From NCBI GenBank assembly GCA_964016885.1, contig OZ024747.1, forward strand, positions 19,902,001-19,966,000: 64,000 nucleotides of DNA, read 5' to 3'. This DNA comes from Eledone cirrhosa (lineage: Eukaryota). The position numbers and the translations under genes were made by a program. The notes under the pieces were generated by a model. The model saw nothing but the letters and a program-made list of their open reading frames with translations. It was not told where the DNA came from and ran no database searches. Shown here piece by piece: positions 12,078-23,490 of this stretch. The number at the start of each line of letters is the position of its first letter. Positions within the stretch are counted from its first letter, which is position 1.

Positions 12078-12320
12078 GTGTATATATATATATGAGTATA
12101 TATATATATATACATATATATATATGAAAACGGAGAAAAAGACGATTATTAGGAAGAAAAATATATTTTTTACCCTTTTTATTTTCTCTCTCTTTTTTCT
12201 GGGTCAGAAAATGATTAAAATGAAATATTTTACTTTGTGTGAAGTGTTAAGGTATTGGTTGATTTATTTATTAATTAACAATGGCATATATTTATGTATT
12301 TATATATTTAATAATTGTCT

Positions 12321-12355
12321 ATTACCGGTTTCAGCATTTTTATGCATTATCAAAT
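12321..12355 (-). ncRNA. Minimal hammerhead-like motif with U3-A8 core variant, in a (TA)n-adjacent element at about 12125-12420
   Basis: Minus strand: at TTGATAA t gcat aaaa atgc t GAAAC CG GTA at; stem I only 2 bp. Confidence 0.5.
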
Positions 12356-13112
12356 GATAATAATATGTATTGGTGTAAAATGGTGGTGTTGGACATGTTA
12401 AAGAAATGGTGCAGAAATGGTGTGTGTGTGTGTGTGTTAGTGTGTGTGGGTGTGTGTGTGTAAGTATTTACGTATAGCATACTTTTCTTTCATGAAATCG
12501 CAATTTTGGCTACATGTATTTTTATGACGAGTGTACATACCGTCATTATTCTAGAGGCATAATCAGTCATCTCTATTTCTTGCTAAATATCATATGATGT
12601 AATTCTTTACTGAATATGTGTTGGGAAGTTTTACTACTATAAACACCTTGGAAACAATACTGTAAAAAGAAAATTCAGGCCCATATCAGTTGATTTGGGA
12701 ATTTGAACATCAACGAACGTAGTTTTGCTAACAGATAATATTTTTATTTTTATTTTAAATGAGTGTGTGTGTATTTTTATATTTCCAAATCCAAATGACT
12801 TTCACTTTAACACAAACAAGGAATAATCATTTTTTCTCTTTTACTTTTTATGCCAGAGCCTCGAGCATTGTTTAGCAGGATTTAATTATATTTTACAATT
12901 CTCCTATTGGCAAGAGCAAACATGTATTTCTATCGACTCCATAGCATGTCCTTACCGACCACATACTCGTCCATTTATTCATCGCCGATACTATCCCAAA
13001 ATATGGTTATATTTCTGGTCAACAGCCAAAATATTCCATGCAATATTCATAAAGACATACGCACGTGTGTGTATCTTAAAATAGTATATACACCGTATGT
13101 CTAACTGCAATG

Positions 13113-13155
<43 letters not shown>

Positions 13156-13582
13156 TATGTATGTTTATGTATGTGTATGTAGGTATGTGTATGTATGCAT
13201 ATATATATATACATAAAAGATAAAATAGAGGGAATAGGTAATAGTGAGACACGGATACATGGACGTGCTTTGGGTTTCCGATAGTTATATTCTAACAAAT
13301 ATAATTACTATTATTATAGCTTTCTTCGTCATGATGTCAGCGGACAAACAGCTTTCAATGTCATCCACTAGGTTTATAAATGTTACACTGATATTACCAT
13401 TGCGTAAGTAGTAGTAATAGTAATAGTGGGGGATGTCATGGTGTTGGAGTTGGTTCAGGCGGTAGTCGTAATGGTAAGCAGGATTTTATTGGCCACAATC
13501 ATATACGTTTTTTTAGAAGTGTGTGTGTGTGGGGGGGGGGGGCGATGACCTTTCACATGCAAAATCAATAATGGTAATGAGA

Positions 13583-14027
13583 AAATTATTGTTTCTACTT
13601 TAGGCTTAAGGCCAGAAATTTGGGGGTAGTGGAGAGTCAATTAAATCGACCCCATCGCATTACTGGTGCTTTATTTCATGGACCCCGTAACGATGAAAAG
13701 CAATGTTAGCCTTGGCAGAATTTGAATTCATACCGTAAAGGGCCATAACTCTGTACTGCATAGCATGGTGTCTGACGCTCTACAAATACTGCCAAACCAC
13801 CGCATTAATAATGATTTCTTATATAGGCACAAGGACAGTAATATTCGAGGAGGGGAAAGTCGATTAAATCGACCCCAGTGCGTGACTGGTACTTTATTTT
13901 ATCGACCCCGTAAGGATGAAGGCAAAGTTAAGCTCGGCGAGGTTTGAACTCAGAATGGCAATGGCCGTAACTCTGTGCGTGAAAGCATGGCGTCTGACCC
14001 TCTACCGATGCTGCCAATCCACTGCCC
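13583..14027 (-). mobile_element. Two tandem SINE family A copies (13583-13803, 13807-14027)
   Basis: Reverse complement of the family A consensus. Confidence 0.9.
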
Positions 14028-15129
14028 TTGTGAATAATAATGTCGTCAATTTCTTTTTCTGGGATGCACTTCACCTGTCAGACTTTCCTTCTGCTCATAA
14101 ACCTCTTTATGCTGGGGACTAGGTTTGCTAAGGCTGATGCGGAGAGGCATGTACTAAGCCAACAGTATCTACAGATATTCTAAAGCATCTAAAATATTGT
14201 GTCACCTTTTGATAGGCAGGTCTCTTCATTGCTTATTCCTTTGATAGTGTTGCATTCCTGGATGAAGAACAAGACTTTGTGAGTTGCATATAGAATGTCA
14301 CCACACTCACTGCACTCGGCCAATAACACAATGCGACTAGGGAACTTCTATATTAGCATTGTATGGAAATTAATAGAGGAGATGAGCGACAGCGTTATCA
14401 AGGAATATCTGGGTGCCGTGAACTAAAATGGGACGAGTAATATGGGTAGACTCCAATAATTCTCAAGCCTTATAATTCAACATGAGTGCATTGCCGTTTC
14501 GAGATATACTCTACAGTCCCGGATTTGGTCTCAGACGAGCCTGTCCTAGATTCACTTACCGCTACCAAACCGTCTACATCCAGTTGTTCACGTACCGACA
14601 GTTGCTGGTCCGTGTGATTTTGTCAAAAGAATGCTACTACACGTGACACAAGTCCCGTCTACACCATGAATATCGCCCTATCACAGTCATTTGGCTAGAA
14701 ATGTCGGATAGTTATTTTCTTTTTAGTGACAATGATGTTGAGCATTTTCATTTCTACTCCAACAAATACTACCTTATTTAATTCAATTTTTCCTATGCTC
14801 TATACATTTATTTGGCTTCGTTCCTTTTGAGTTCTAACAGCGTGAATAAAATACCATATTAACTGGAAAGGCAGCTCATTAACATTAGATACAAGGAAAT
14901 TGAACAACTCTAGGTTGAACCGAGTTATGTGCGTAAAATAAACAAGTTAACAAACAATGAGGGAAAGAAAGAAATAGAAAACATAGGAAAGAGAAAACAG
15001 AAATAGAGATGCATAGATATGTACATAATATGGCATGTGGCATATGTAAGAACACATTACCTTCATAAAATTATACTAACTGAAACTAACAAAATAATCA
15101 TGTGACCAAATATATCGATGGCAGAAGGG

Positions 15130-15232
15130 TGATAGGTTTATACTCGGTGTCAATTCTATGTAAGGTTTGTAATTTTACCGAATCCCAGACATAAAATAGT
15201 GGGGTCGACTTATATTCGAGTATATATGGTAT
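15130..15232. mobile_element. Right end of a Tc1/pogo-like MITE (GTCGACTTATATTCGAGTATATATGGTA)
   Basis: Resembles the widespread TACCGTATATACTCGAGTATAAGTCGAC-type TIR from memory; partner TIR not found. Confidence 0.45.
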
Positions 15233-15253
15233 ATATATATATATATATATATA

Positions 15254-15760
15254 ATTTGTATATCTACCAACATATATATACAGATGCATACCTATGCTAG
15301 CAAATATATACGTTTTCTCTTAGTAACTTTGTGGTTCAATGCAAGGGGATGCAGAACAATTATATGAAAGACGTAAAATAAGAAAATTATAAAAATTAAC
15401 TTACTTACTAAAATTTCACTCCAACTGAAAGGAAATAAACATGGTTTCCGAATGGAATATGGAGAATACCTTTCGTCATCAGGGAGTCAATTCTCAGCTA
15501 AGTTCCCAGGCGATGCGTGGACACAGGGAACTTATACAAAAATAATTCAGTGGATGGAAAAAAGCAAGCGAGGACTAAATTCAAGGACATTGAAACAAAA
15601 TCACTGCCTACTTGGTCGGTGGCAAATTCAAAAGAATCAATCACGTGACATCGAGGTTAATCAGTGAGGAGTGGGGTGTTAATAAGACAGTAGCCGGACT
15701 ATTACTATGAACTATAGTAGTAGTTTTGGCAAATTTTTGCTCAACAAAATAATTTGGAGC
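15254..15760 (-). mobile_element. Family D HHR-bearing non-coding element, about 500 bp
   Basis: Homologous along its length to 55230-55875; 3' end abuts (TA)n. Confidence 0.8.
15418..15487 (-). ncRNA. Type I hammerhead ribozyme, intact core
   Basis: Minus strand: actcc CTGATGA cgaaagg..ccattcg GAAAC [18-nt loop] GTT ggagt. Confidence 0.8.
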
Positions 15761-16650
15761 TAATTATAAAGAATTAGTATATCTACACCTTTTCTCTCCC
15801 TCTCCCCGCTCCACCTACACCCTTTCACACACACATCCCACTAACACCTCTACTAATACACAGCCACATCCCCCAAATTGACCACCTCCCCTCCACCTTT
15901 CACACCTACCCATCCTCTCCCCTGTTCACCGCACCTCCGCACACACAGACACACCGTCCTCACCACATACTGACCATTTCTCCACCTGTCATTCTCCTCT
16001 ACTGCTATCACTTCACCCTGCCTTGTCCCTCTGACCACTTCCTGTTGCGCGCGACGCCATCTCTCTCCACTTCCGACCACCACAACCTATGGATTTTACA
16101 CCACCGGTCATCGTTCCAGCTATCCACTCCGTAACATGAAAAATATCCAGAAAAATATCCAGCACACTCCACGGAACTACCTTAGGAACTGCCCACGGAC
16201 ATACACTCACAATATTTTTTCGAACCACGCCACCCACATCCACACCACATATAAACACCAACACGCATGTGCGTACCCCCACATATACACACTCAGCCTC
16301 CGGAATCTACACGCCTCTTACCTCTCCATACCCACACGCACGCACACACCGACCTACACCCCACCCCACGCCTTTTCCTGTACATGGAACCTCGTTCTTC
16401 CCCCAAGTCTCACATTCACATACACACACACACGTACACCTACACAAACACCATCTTCAGCCCTCCCCGCTCAGACCCCGCCTCCCTCTTGCTACTCCAC
16501 CCGCCACCACACCTACACGCCCTTCCACTACTTGTTTATCTTTATGTTTATTTTTATTCCTTCCACCGTTTTTATCGCCCCCCCCCCCCTTTTCTAAATG
16601 TATCTCCACCACTCCCCCACACACCCTCGGAACTCTCTTCCTATCCACTT

Positions 16651-16690
16651 TTCTCCTGATGAAGGGCTTATGCCCGAAACGTCGTTTCCC
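16651..16690 (+). ncRNA. Minimal hammerhead core of the common PLE type, at the 3' end of a C-rich segment (about 15785-16770)
   Basis: CTGATGA A GGGC TTAT GCCC GAAAC GTC; AATAAA about 35 nt downstream, then (TA)n; stem I not evident. Confidence 0.65.
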
Positions 16691-16837
16691 ACCCCTCACT
16701 CCCAAGAGCGTGAACCTAATAAACTTTTATTTGTACTGCCTCTGTTTTTGTTCCCGTCCAAGTTTTCACTAATATATATATATATATATATATCACAGAA
16801 AAAAGAGAATCATTGTTGCGACGAAAGGAATTTATTG

Positions 16838-16932
16838 GACATATTACAATTGTTTCTCGGGCGACCAGCTCGAGGTACGATCGATATAGTGATCAAACCT
16901 GACTCTGAAATCGTGAGTTCCTCAGATACGTC
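16838..16932 (-). ncRNA. Hammerhead-like motif with a multi-hairpin stem II region
   Basis: Minus strand: gacgtat CTGAGGA [62 nt] GAAAC AATT GTA atatgtc; 7-bp stem I, palindromic loop III, AATAAA immediately after. Confidence 0.7.
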
Positions 16933-17020
16933 TCGATTCTACGAATCAGATTTTCCTATTGTCCTTTAACATCAAATTTCTGCAAAAGCATATGCACCTG
17001 TCTTTCCCACACCAATTAGG

Positions 17021-17075
17021 ACTGCCTGAAGAGGTCACAGCAAATGGTGGCCGTCACCAAAATATATATAGCAGT
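17021..17075 (+). ncRNA. Decayed hammerhead (GAAA to AAAA), same family as 58249-58304
   Basis: actgc CTGAAGA ggt..acc AAAA T ATAT ATA gcagt. Confidence 0.65.
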
Positions 17076-17276
17076 ATATCTATAATTTATAATAAACGAA
17101 GCCAAATTTTACATATTTGACTTAATTATTTTACATTAATCCGGAGTAAACAAACCAACCTGCGTACTTCGTCGAGTGCTCCAATCTGCATACTTAGGTG
17201 TCGGTAAACAACCAACATATACTCAAAAAAAATATATATATCTGTACATCTATATATTTATATTTATAGTTTTTAT

Positions 17277-17460
17277 AGTAGTAATAGAGTCAGGACCTCG
17301 ACGGGTGAGCTCCGAGTTCGGATCCAGCTGTCGAAACGGCCTGAGCTCAGCCGTCGGGGTCCTGACTCTCTTCCTATTACCCACTCTACTACCATATGTA
17401 TCGAGTACTCTAGTGCGTTATGGTCGACATGGTATCTTACCACACCCTCTTCGTTATCTC
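17277..17460 (+). mobile_element. Family C element with fold-back hairpin 17287-17368
   Basis: GAGTCAGGACCTCGACGGGTGAGCTC...GAGCTCAGCCGTCGGGGTCCTGACTC followed by the conserved family tail. Confidence 0.85.
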
Positions 17461-17636
17461 TATATATATATATTTGAAGCATTTCGAATACTATTGTTTG
17501 AAGGTTACGTTAATGAATGCGCAATGATAAACACAATTAGGGTCAGCATTCTCATAATATATTTTTAATGAGAAGAAAAATCTTGAGAAATTGAAGGATG
17601 GTCAAGAAAATCAATATCATAATGATGTGGATGATG

Positions 17637-17824
17637 ATAATTGTTTCTACTTTAGGCACAAGGCCAGCAATTACTCAGTACATTACTGGTACTTTATTTT
17701 ATCGACCCCGTAAGGATGAAAGGCAAAGTTAACCTCAGCGGGATTTGAACTCAAACCGTAAAGGGACGTAACTATGCCAGAAAGCATGGCGTCCAACCCT
17801 CTACCGATACTGCCAATTCACCGC
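17637..17824 (-). mobile_element. SINE family A, near full length
   Basis: Reverse complement of the consensus. Confidence 0.9.
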
Positions 17825-17919
17825 GATGTGGATGATGATAATGATGGGGAAGATGATGATAATATTATTATCATAATGTTCTGGCTGATGATAATGAAGA
17901 TTAGGACGATGATGATGAT

Positions 17920-18090
17920 TACCGTATTTCCCGGCGCCGAAGACGCTTCATCCCCAAGGACGCACCCTAATTTTGACAACCAAAAATTTGAAAAAAAAAA
18001 TAAACAACTTTCGGTCTCCAGGACGCATGGTAGATTTTTGAGACTTATTTTAGGAAAAAAGTCGCGTCTTCAACGCCGGGATAGACGGTG
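17920..18090. mobile_element. MITE of about 170 bp with TACCGTATTTCCCGGCG terminal inverted repeats (Tc1/mariner-pogo type)
   Basis: Imperfect right TIR CGCCGGGATAGACGGTG; second copy at 32511-32681. Confidence 0.8.
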
Positions 18091-18213
18091 TTTTGTTATG
18101 GGTAATGATAATGATAATGCAGATAATGAAGAGGAGGATGTCAATGATGATGATAATATTCGCTTTTATTAAAACGTTTCAATATAATCTTACTTATCGT
18201 TATCCACATCCTT

Positions 18214-18244
<31 letters not shown>

Positions 18245-18454
18245 GTGTTTTTACCTCCTTCCTCATAGTCACAATCATCATCAGTATCATCAGTTAATTG
18301 TTTATTCATTATATTTAGCGACATTTTTTGTTACTTCGGGTGTCTCTTTCACAAAATGATTCCTTTCCTTCGTATTTTATTATACCTCAAGCTGTTACCT
18401 CATAACTGAAATTGATAGAATTAATGTCATTATTGTCATCATCATTATTATTAT

Positions 18455-18624
18455 TAGTTGTAGTAGCACTTGTAGTAGCATTAGTAGTAGTAGTAGTAGT
18501 AGTATCAGAGCCGCAGAAGCGACAGTAGTAGCAGCAGCAGTAACAGTAGCAGTAGTAATATTAGTAGTAGTAGCAGCAATAGTAGTAGTAGCAGCAGCAG
18601 CAATAGTAGTAGTAGTAGTAGCAA

Positions 18625-18668
<44 letters not shown>

Positions 18669-18790
18669 CCAGCAGCAGCAACAGTAGGAGCAGCAGTAAC
18701 AGTACCAGTTGCAGTAGTAGTAGTGATAGTAGTAGTAACAGCAGCTGCAATAGTAGTAATTGTAGCAGTAGTGGTAGTAGTAGAAGAAGT
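18455..18790. repeat. Degenerate (AGT/AGC)n trinucleotide tract
   Basis: Direct reading. Confidence 0.9.
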
Positions 18791-19487
18791 GGTAAGCATC
18801 GATAAACTATAAAATGGCAACCTGAACCTATTAAATATCCCCATTTACCCTAAGGTTGTTAGCACCAGCATTTAATTTCTTTGCATAATTGAATCACGTA
18901 GAAACAGTTTGAACCAGAATACAAAACTAACAATAAAACTAAAACGTTTTGTGATAGCAAATCTGCTATTATGTCGATGTATCATTAAATACAGAACGCC
19001 CAAAACTCCATTTTAGCAAAAGAGAGTTAGAGAGATGTATTTTCAGGGGGGAAAAAGTGTTCCATTTTAAGTACCCAATTATAGACGAGTTATTGAAGTA
19101 AACCTCACACAAAAGATACTGTCTGGTTAATCCAATAACAATGAAGTTTCAACTTCTTTCGAAAGCTTACGGATTGAAACATTTTATGTATTTTCGTGTG
19201 TGTTGGTATGATTATTTTATCGTCACCGTATCCAAATTTAGTTTGAGATTTCTAAGATATCTAGCTTCAAAGGAAGACGTCTTATCTGACTTTTCATGTT
19301 CATAATTATTGACAGAAGAAAACTAAATTCTATATATTTTATCTCTTACGACAACACTACACGCAGGCACACACACCACACATGTACACACATGCACACA
19401 CGCACACATGCACACACGCACATACACACATGCACACACACACACACACACACACAGACGCAGACACACACACATATATATATATAT

Positions 19488-19660
19488 ATAACAAAGAAAG
19501 TGTGATAAGGAACCAGGTGGACAATAATGCACCAGAGTGCTGGATACTTCGGGTAATAGTAAAAGAGTCAGGGCCCCGACGGCTGAGCTCCGGCCGTTTC
19601 GACAGCTAGATCCGAACGGCCGGAGCTCAGCCCTCAAGGTCCTGGCCCTTTTCCTATATA
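19488..19660 (-). mobile_element. Family C element with fold-back hairpin at about 19569-19644
   Basis: Family tail plus GGCTGAGCTCCGGCCGTT...AACGGCCGGAGCTCAGCC. Confidence 0.85.
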
Positions 19661-21427
19661 TATAGTAATACAGAGCAAAACAGTGGGAGTGATAATTTAC
19701 TGGAAGGCGAAATTTCGCCAATATCTACTCCTGGACTCTCGAATCCAATCTACGGACGATTTGGAAAATGAAACATAGATATGTTATACAGAGATGTCTC
19801 AATACCAGAAACAGACCTTTTGAGTGAATTGGAACGTAATGATTGTATTTCATGACAACAGATCTGTATTAAAAATATTAGTGTATTGTAGATACCGATT
19901 CTCTATGAATATATATATGGAAGTGATATGAAAACAATAAGCAAACCAAGCATATATTCACGAGAGCTTCACAAATATTACATGTACGTAGAAAACCGAA
20001 ATTTGTCAGGTGAAGTCTCAAAAGTATTAAGAGTTTTATAAACACATACATCGCCAGTGCACGCAATATTAGCGTTGTATCCTGAAGTAATGCGTTTTCG
20101 TTTTCATATTTCGAAGAGCATATTTCATATTTTTCATTTAAGGTATGAGTATTTCGTAACTAAGTAACATTATTTTCATATAGAAATAAGCTATGACTCT
20201 CATAATTGAGTGAGAACTGCCATGTTCATGTTGGGAAGTATGTTTAAGGATTGACCAATTCATTTGAAAGGCCGTCAAACTTGCTTATATGCTTAGAATA
20301 CCTCATGAATAATGTTTGGTTTATTAGATAAATGAATATGACGCAAACGTGAGAAATGCATGAACGTATCTTACTTTAATCTATATCGAATACTGGAACT
20401 CCATTATGTTCCAGTTACACCATAACAAGTACACTAATGCATGTGAAAATACACCTCGTAGTTTTATCATGCAATGCAATTACGAGTATGAGAATGTATT
20501 CTTTTTTTTCTATAAAAGCGCTTGGGTTTTCATTGATTAATTGCGAAAGAAACGTCATTATTGAGCAACAAACTTACATCTATTACAGGCAATAGTAAAC
20601 CCAGAGTCGTATGTTTAACGGTATTAACAGGAACCAAGAACGCAAATTTTACACGAATGATAAATATAGAAACATACCTTTCTTCCCTCAGCTCTATGTC
20701 TCAACAAGAGTATCATATAAATTAGTGAATCTTCTATATACACCCATGTACATCATCGATAATTTGGGATAGTCCATTGTCTTAATTATAGATTTGATAA
20801 AATATTGTACTTATCAATAACAAATTGTTTATACAAATATGATAGTCCATCACTCCCCCAAATATTCTACGTAATTTGTTTCAATAACATTAATAAACAT
20901 ACACACTCATTGTAATAGGAAAATGTTTCTGTTACAATGATAGCCTTCACATTAGTGACTTCACAGATTAAATAAGATACAGAACCATCTTTTGCTGGTT
21001 ACATGAATGGCATACTTTGTCGTGTAACCTAATTTTCATTTCAAACTAAGTATATATACTTCCGTAGTTTTTCTAAATCGAATTTCATTTTATTGTAGAG
21101 TGAATTATGATATCATCAGATTTACACACAAACTAGATTAAAGTAAGCTGTTGCTTCTAGTGAAAACAATAGCCAAATCAATCGTATCAGTTCTGAAAGT
21201 CTTTTCAGTAACAATTACACAGTCATTAATTCTAGCTAACATTGCATTCACCCAAATAATTGATACGTTAATGGTAATTGCTATTTCAAAGTTTAGTATA
21301 TTGTAGTATTCTTCCAGCAGATAGTAAGGTATAAGAAAGTGGTGCATTGGTTTGAGTGGGAATTGCTTCAAGGCGAGGGATGAACTTATCAATTCATTCA
21401 ACGTCATAGAAAATATGTAGCAACATA

Positions 21428-21613
21428 TAATTGTTTCTACTTTAGGCACAAGGCCAGCAATTACCCAGTGCATTACTGGTACTTTATTTTATCGACCCCG
21501 TAAGGATGAAAGGCAAAGTCAACCTCGGCGGGATTTGAACTCAGATCGTAAAGGGACGTAACTATGCTAGAAAGCATGGCGTCCAACCCTCCACCGATAC
21601 TGCCAATCCACCG
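21428..21613 (-). mobile_element. SINE family A, near full length
   Basis: Reverse complement of the consensus. Confidence 0.9.
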
Positions 21614-22032
21614 ACATATAATGCTGTTTAGATCAGTCTGACCTTCGGAATAACGTACATACCAAAATCGTACATTCCCAGCATTCACTCCAGGTGAACG
21701 ACTGTTCATAACCTGAAACAACCTCACCCGTATAGTGAGGATACTAGAATAATGCATACATCGATCCTGTAGCTATATCAAATGTCCAGCTCAATAGTTA
21801 CACACAATTATCTATCGAATCTCTCGGTACAGACGATGCAATGCAGTCAGTCAATGTGGTAACTACACGATTTATATATCTCATGTTACAATAGCAGTTA
21901 TAACACAAATTCCTCATTTCAAATCACATATTTTTATTGCACTTGAAAGAGCTGGGCATTCTTACGATGTTGGTGTCGTTAGACAATATAACAGTATTTC
22001 AATCTATTAATATAAATATGTATTCACTCCCC

Positions 22033-22101
<69 letters not shown>

Positions 22102-22107
<6 letters not shown>

Positions 22108-22578
22108 ATATTAACAAATGGAAACTATATTTATAAAACCATATTTATTTCATTATACATATTTCAAGGACACCAAAGCAAATTATGGTGCGCTTTCATC
22201 AGATAAAATATAATATAGATCAGTTTTATAAACAAATATGACACACCCTTAAAGAATTCAACCATGTTGGTTGGAAACTCCCGGATATTGGGGTTACTAA
22301 TTTTATTATTGGTCTATTATGCAAATTAGTGTCGGAAAGGTTTAAATCCCATACATTTAAATTAAGCCGTTGGATATATTATATTTTATCTGATGAAAGC
22401 GCACCATAATTTGCTTTGGTGTCCTTGAAATATGTATAATGAAATAAATATGGTTTTATAAATATAGTTTCCATTTGTTAATATATTGTATTTTTACTCT
22501 AAAAATGTGTTGAGTGCTTTATATCAGTTATACAAATATTTGGTTGTTGGGATACAACAAATTAAATATAACTTCTAC
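22102..22578 (+). mobile_element. Short PLE-derived fold-back element: 116-bp inverted arms (22102-22217 / 22375-22490) plus tail; related to the PLE 3 terminal repeat
   Basis: Arms are reverse complements; 22382-22578 aligns with 63723-63918; (TA)n on both sides. Confidence 0.9.
22382..22446 (+). ncRNA. Type I hammerhead ribozyme, intact core; mirror copy at 22146-22210 (-)
   Basis: tattttat CTGATGA aag c gcacca..tggtgt c ctt GAAA T ATGT ATA atgaaata. Confidence 0.85.
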
Positions 22579-22711
<133 letters not shown>

Positions 22712-23490
22712 GGATGAATATAAAATGAAAGTGCTTTTGTTAAAAAAGGGATTTATTAGGTATTGACATATGTTTCTGTAACAGACCGAATACCTATGTA
22801 TCGCTGCTTGCGTAATCATATAATGTTAGCAAGTATTCGATAGCAAATGTATAATCAGTTGTCACTTCTTCAGAGATTTTGGATAAACTGGATAAAATCA
22901 GAAAAATTTAAGTATTTATATTAGTAAAAGAGGAAGGAACAGAGGGGATAGAATATGACAGATGGTAAAATAATTTACTGCTAAACAAGTATATAATGGG
23001 TTTTTAATGAGAATACCATGAGTAAATCTAAATAAGAATTTTGGGAGTGCCGATTTTAATCTCTACTTGACCAACTGGACAGTGGACAGGGCTGGTCATT
23101 TGGTGCAGTAGTATTAATCATAAAGTGTCAATTGGGGAAGGGGGAGATTTCGATTACTACTAAATAACATCAATGCTAGTAGTCAGCTGGTATTTGCACT
23201 AGGGAATTGAATCAAGAAATCAGAAATCTCATTTTATCTATAGCAGTTTGTATTAAAAGGTAAATAATAGAAGAGTTGATAGAATTAAGACTAATAAAGA
23301 ATGTTCATATCTATTTTGACAATCAAACGGGGATAGAGACAGGCGTTCAATCCTGGTAGTACTTATAATATGAAAATGTAGATTTTAAGCGATGGTTACA
23401 GTATAACGATCGCTCTATTCTGTTATTTAATAAAATGTTTTTGGATTTCATAATACAAAATAATTCCACATTACATAATTTACAAAATTC

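Noticed and set aside
15785-16772. Overlapping Pro/His/Thr-rich ORFs
   Set aside because: C-rich low-complexity sequence; no domain recognised in any frame.
18395-18844. Mucin-like Thr/Ala-rich ORF
   Set aside because: Degenerate trinucleotide repeat that shifts into poly-Leu; no supporting gene context.
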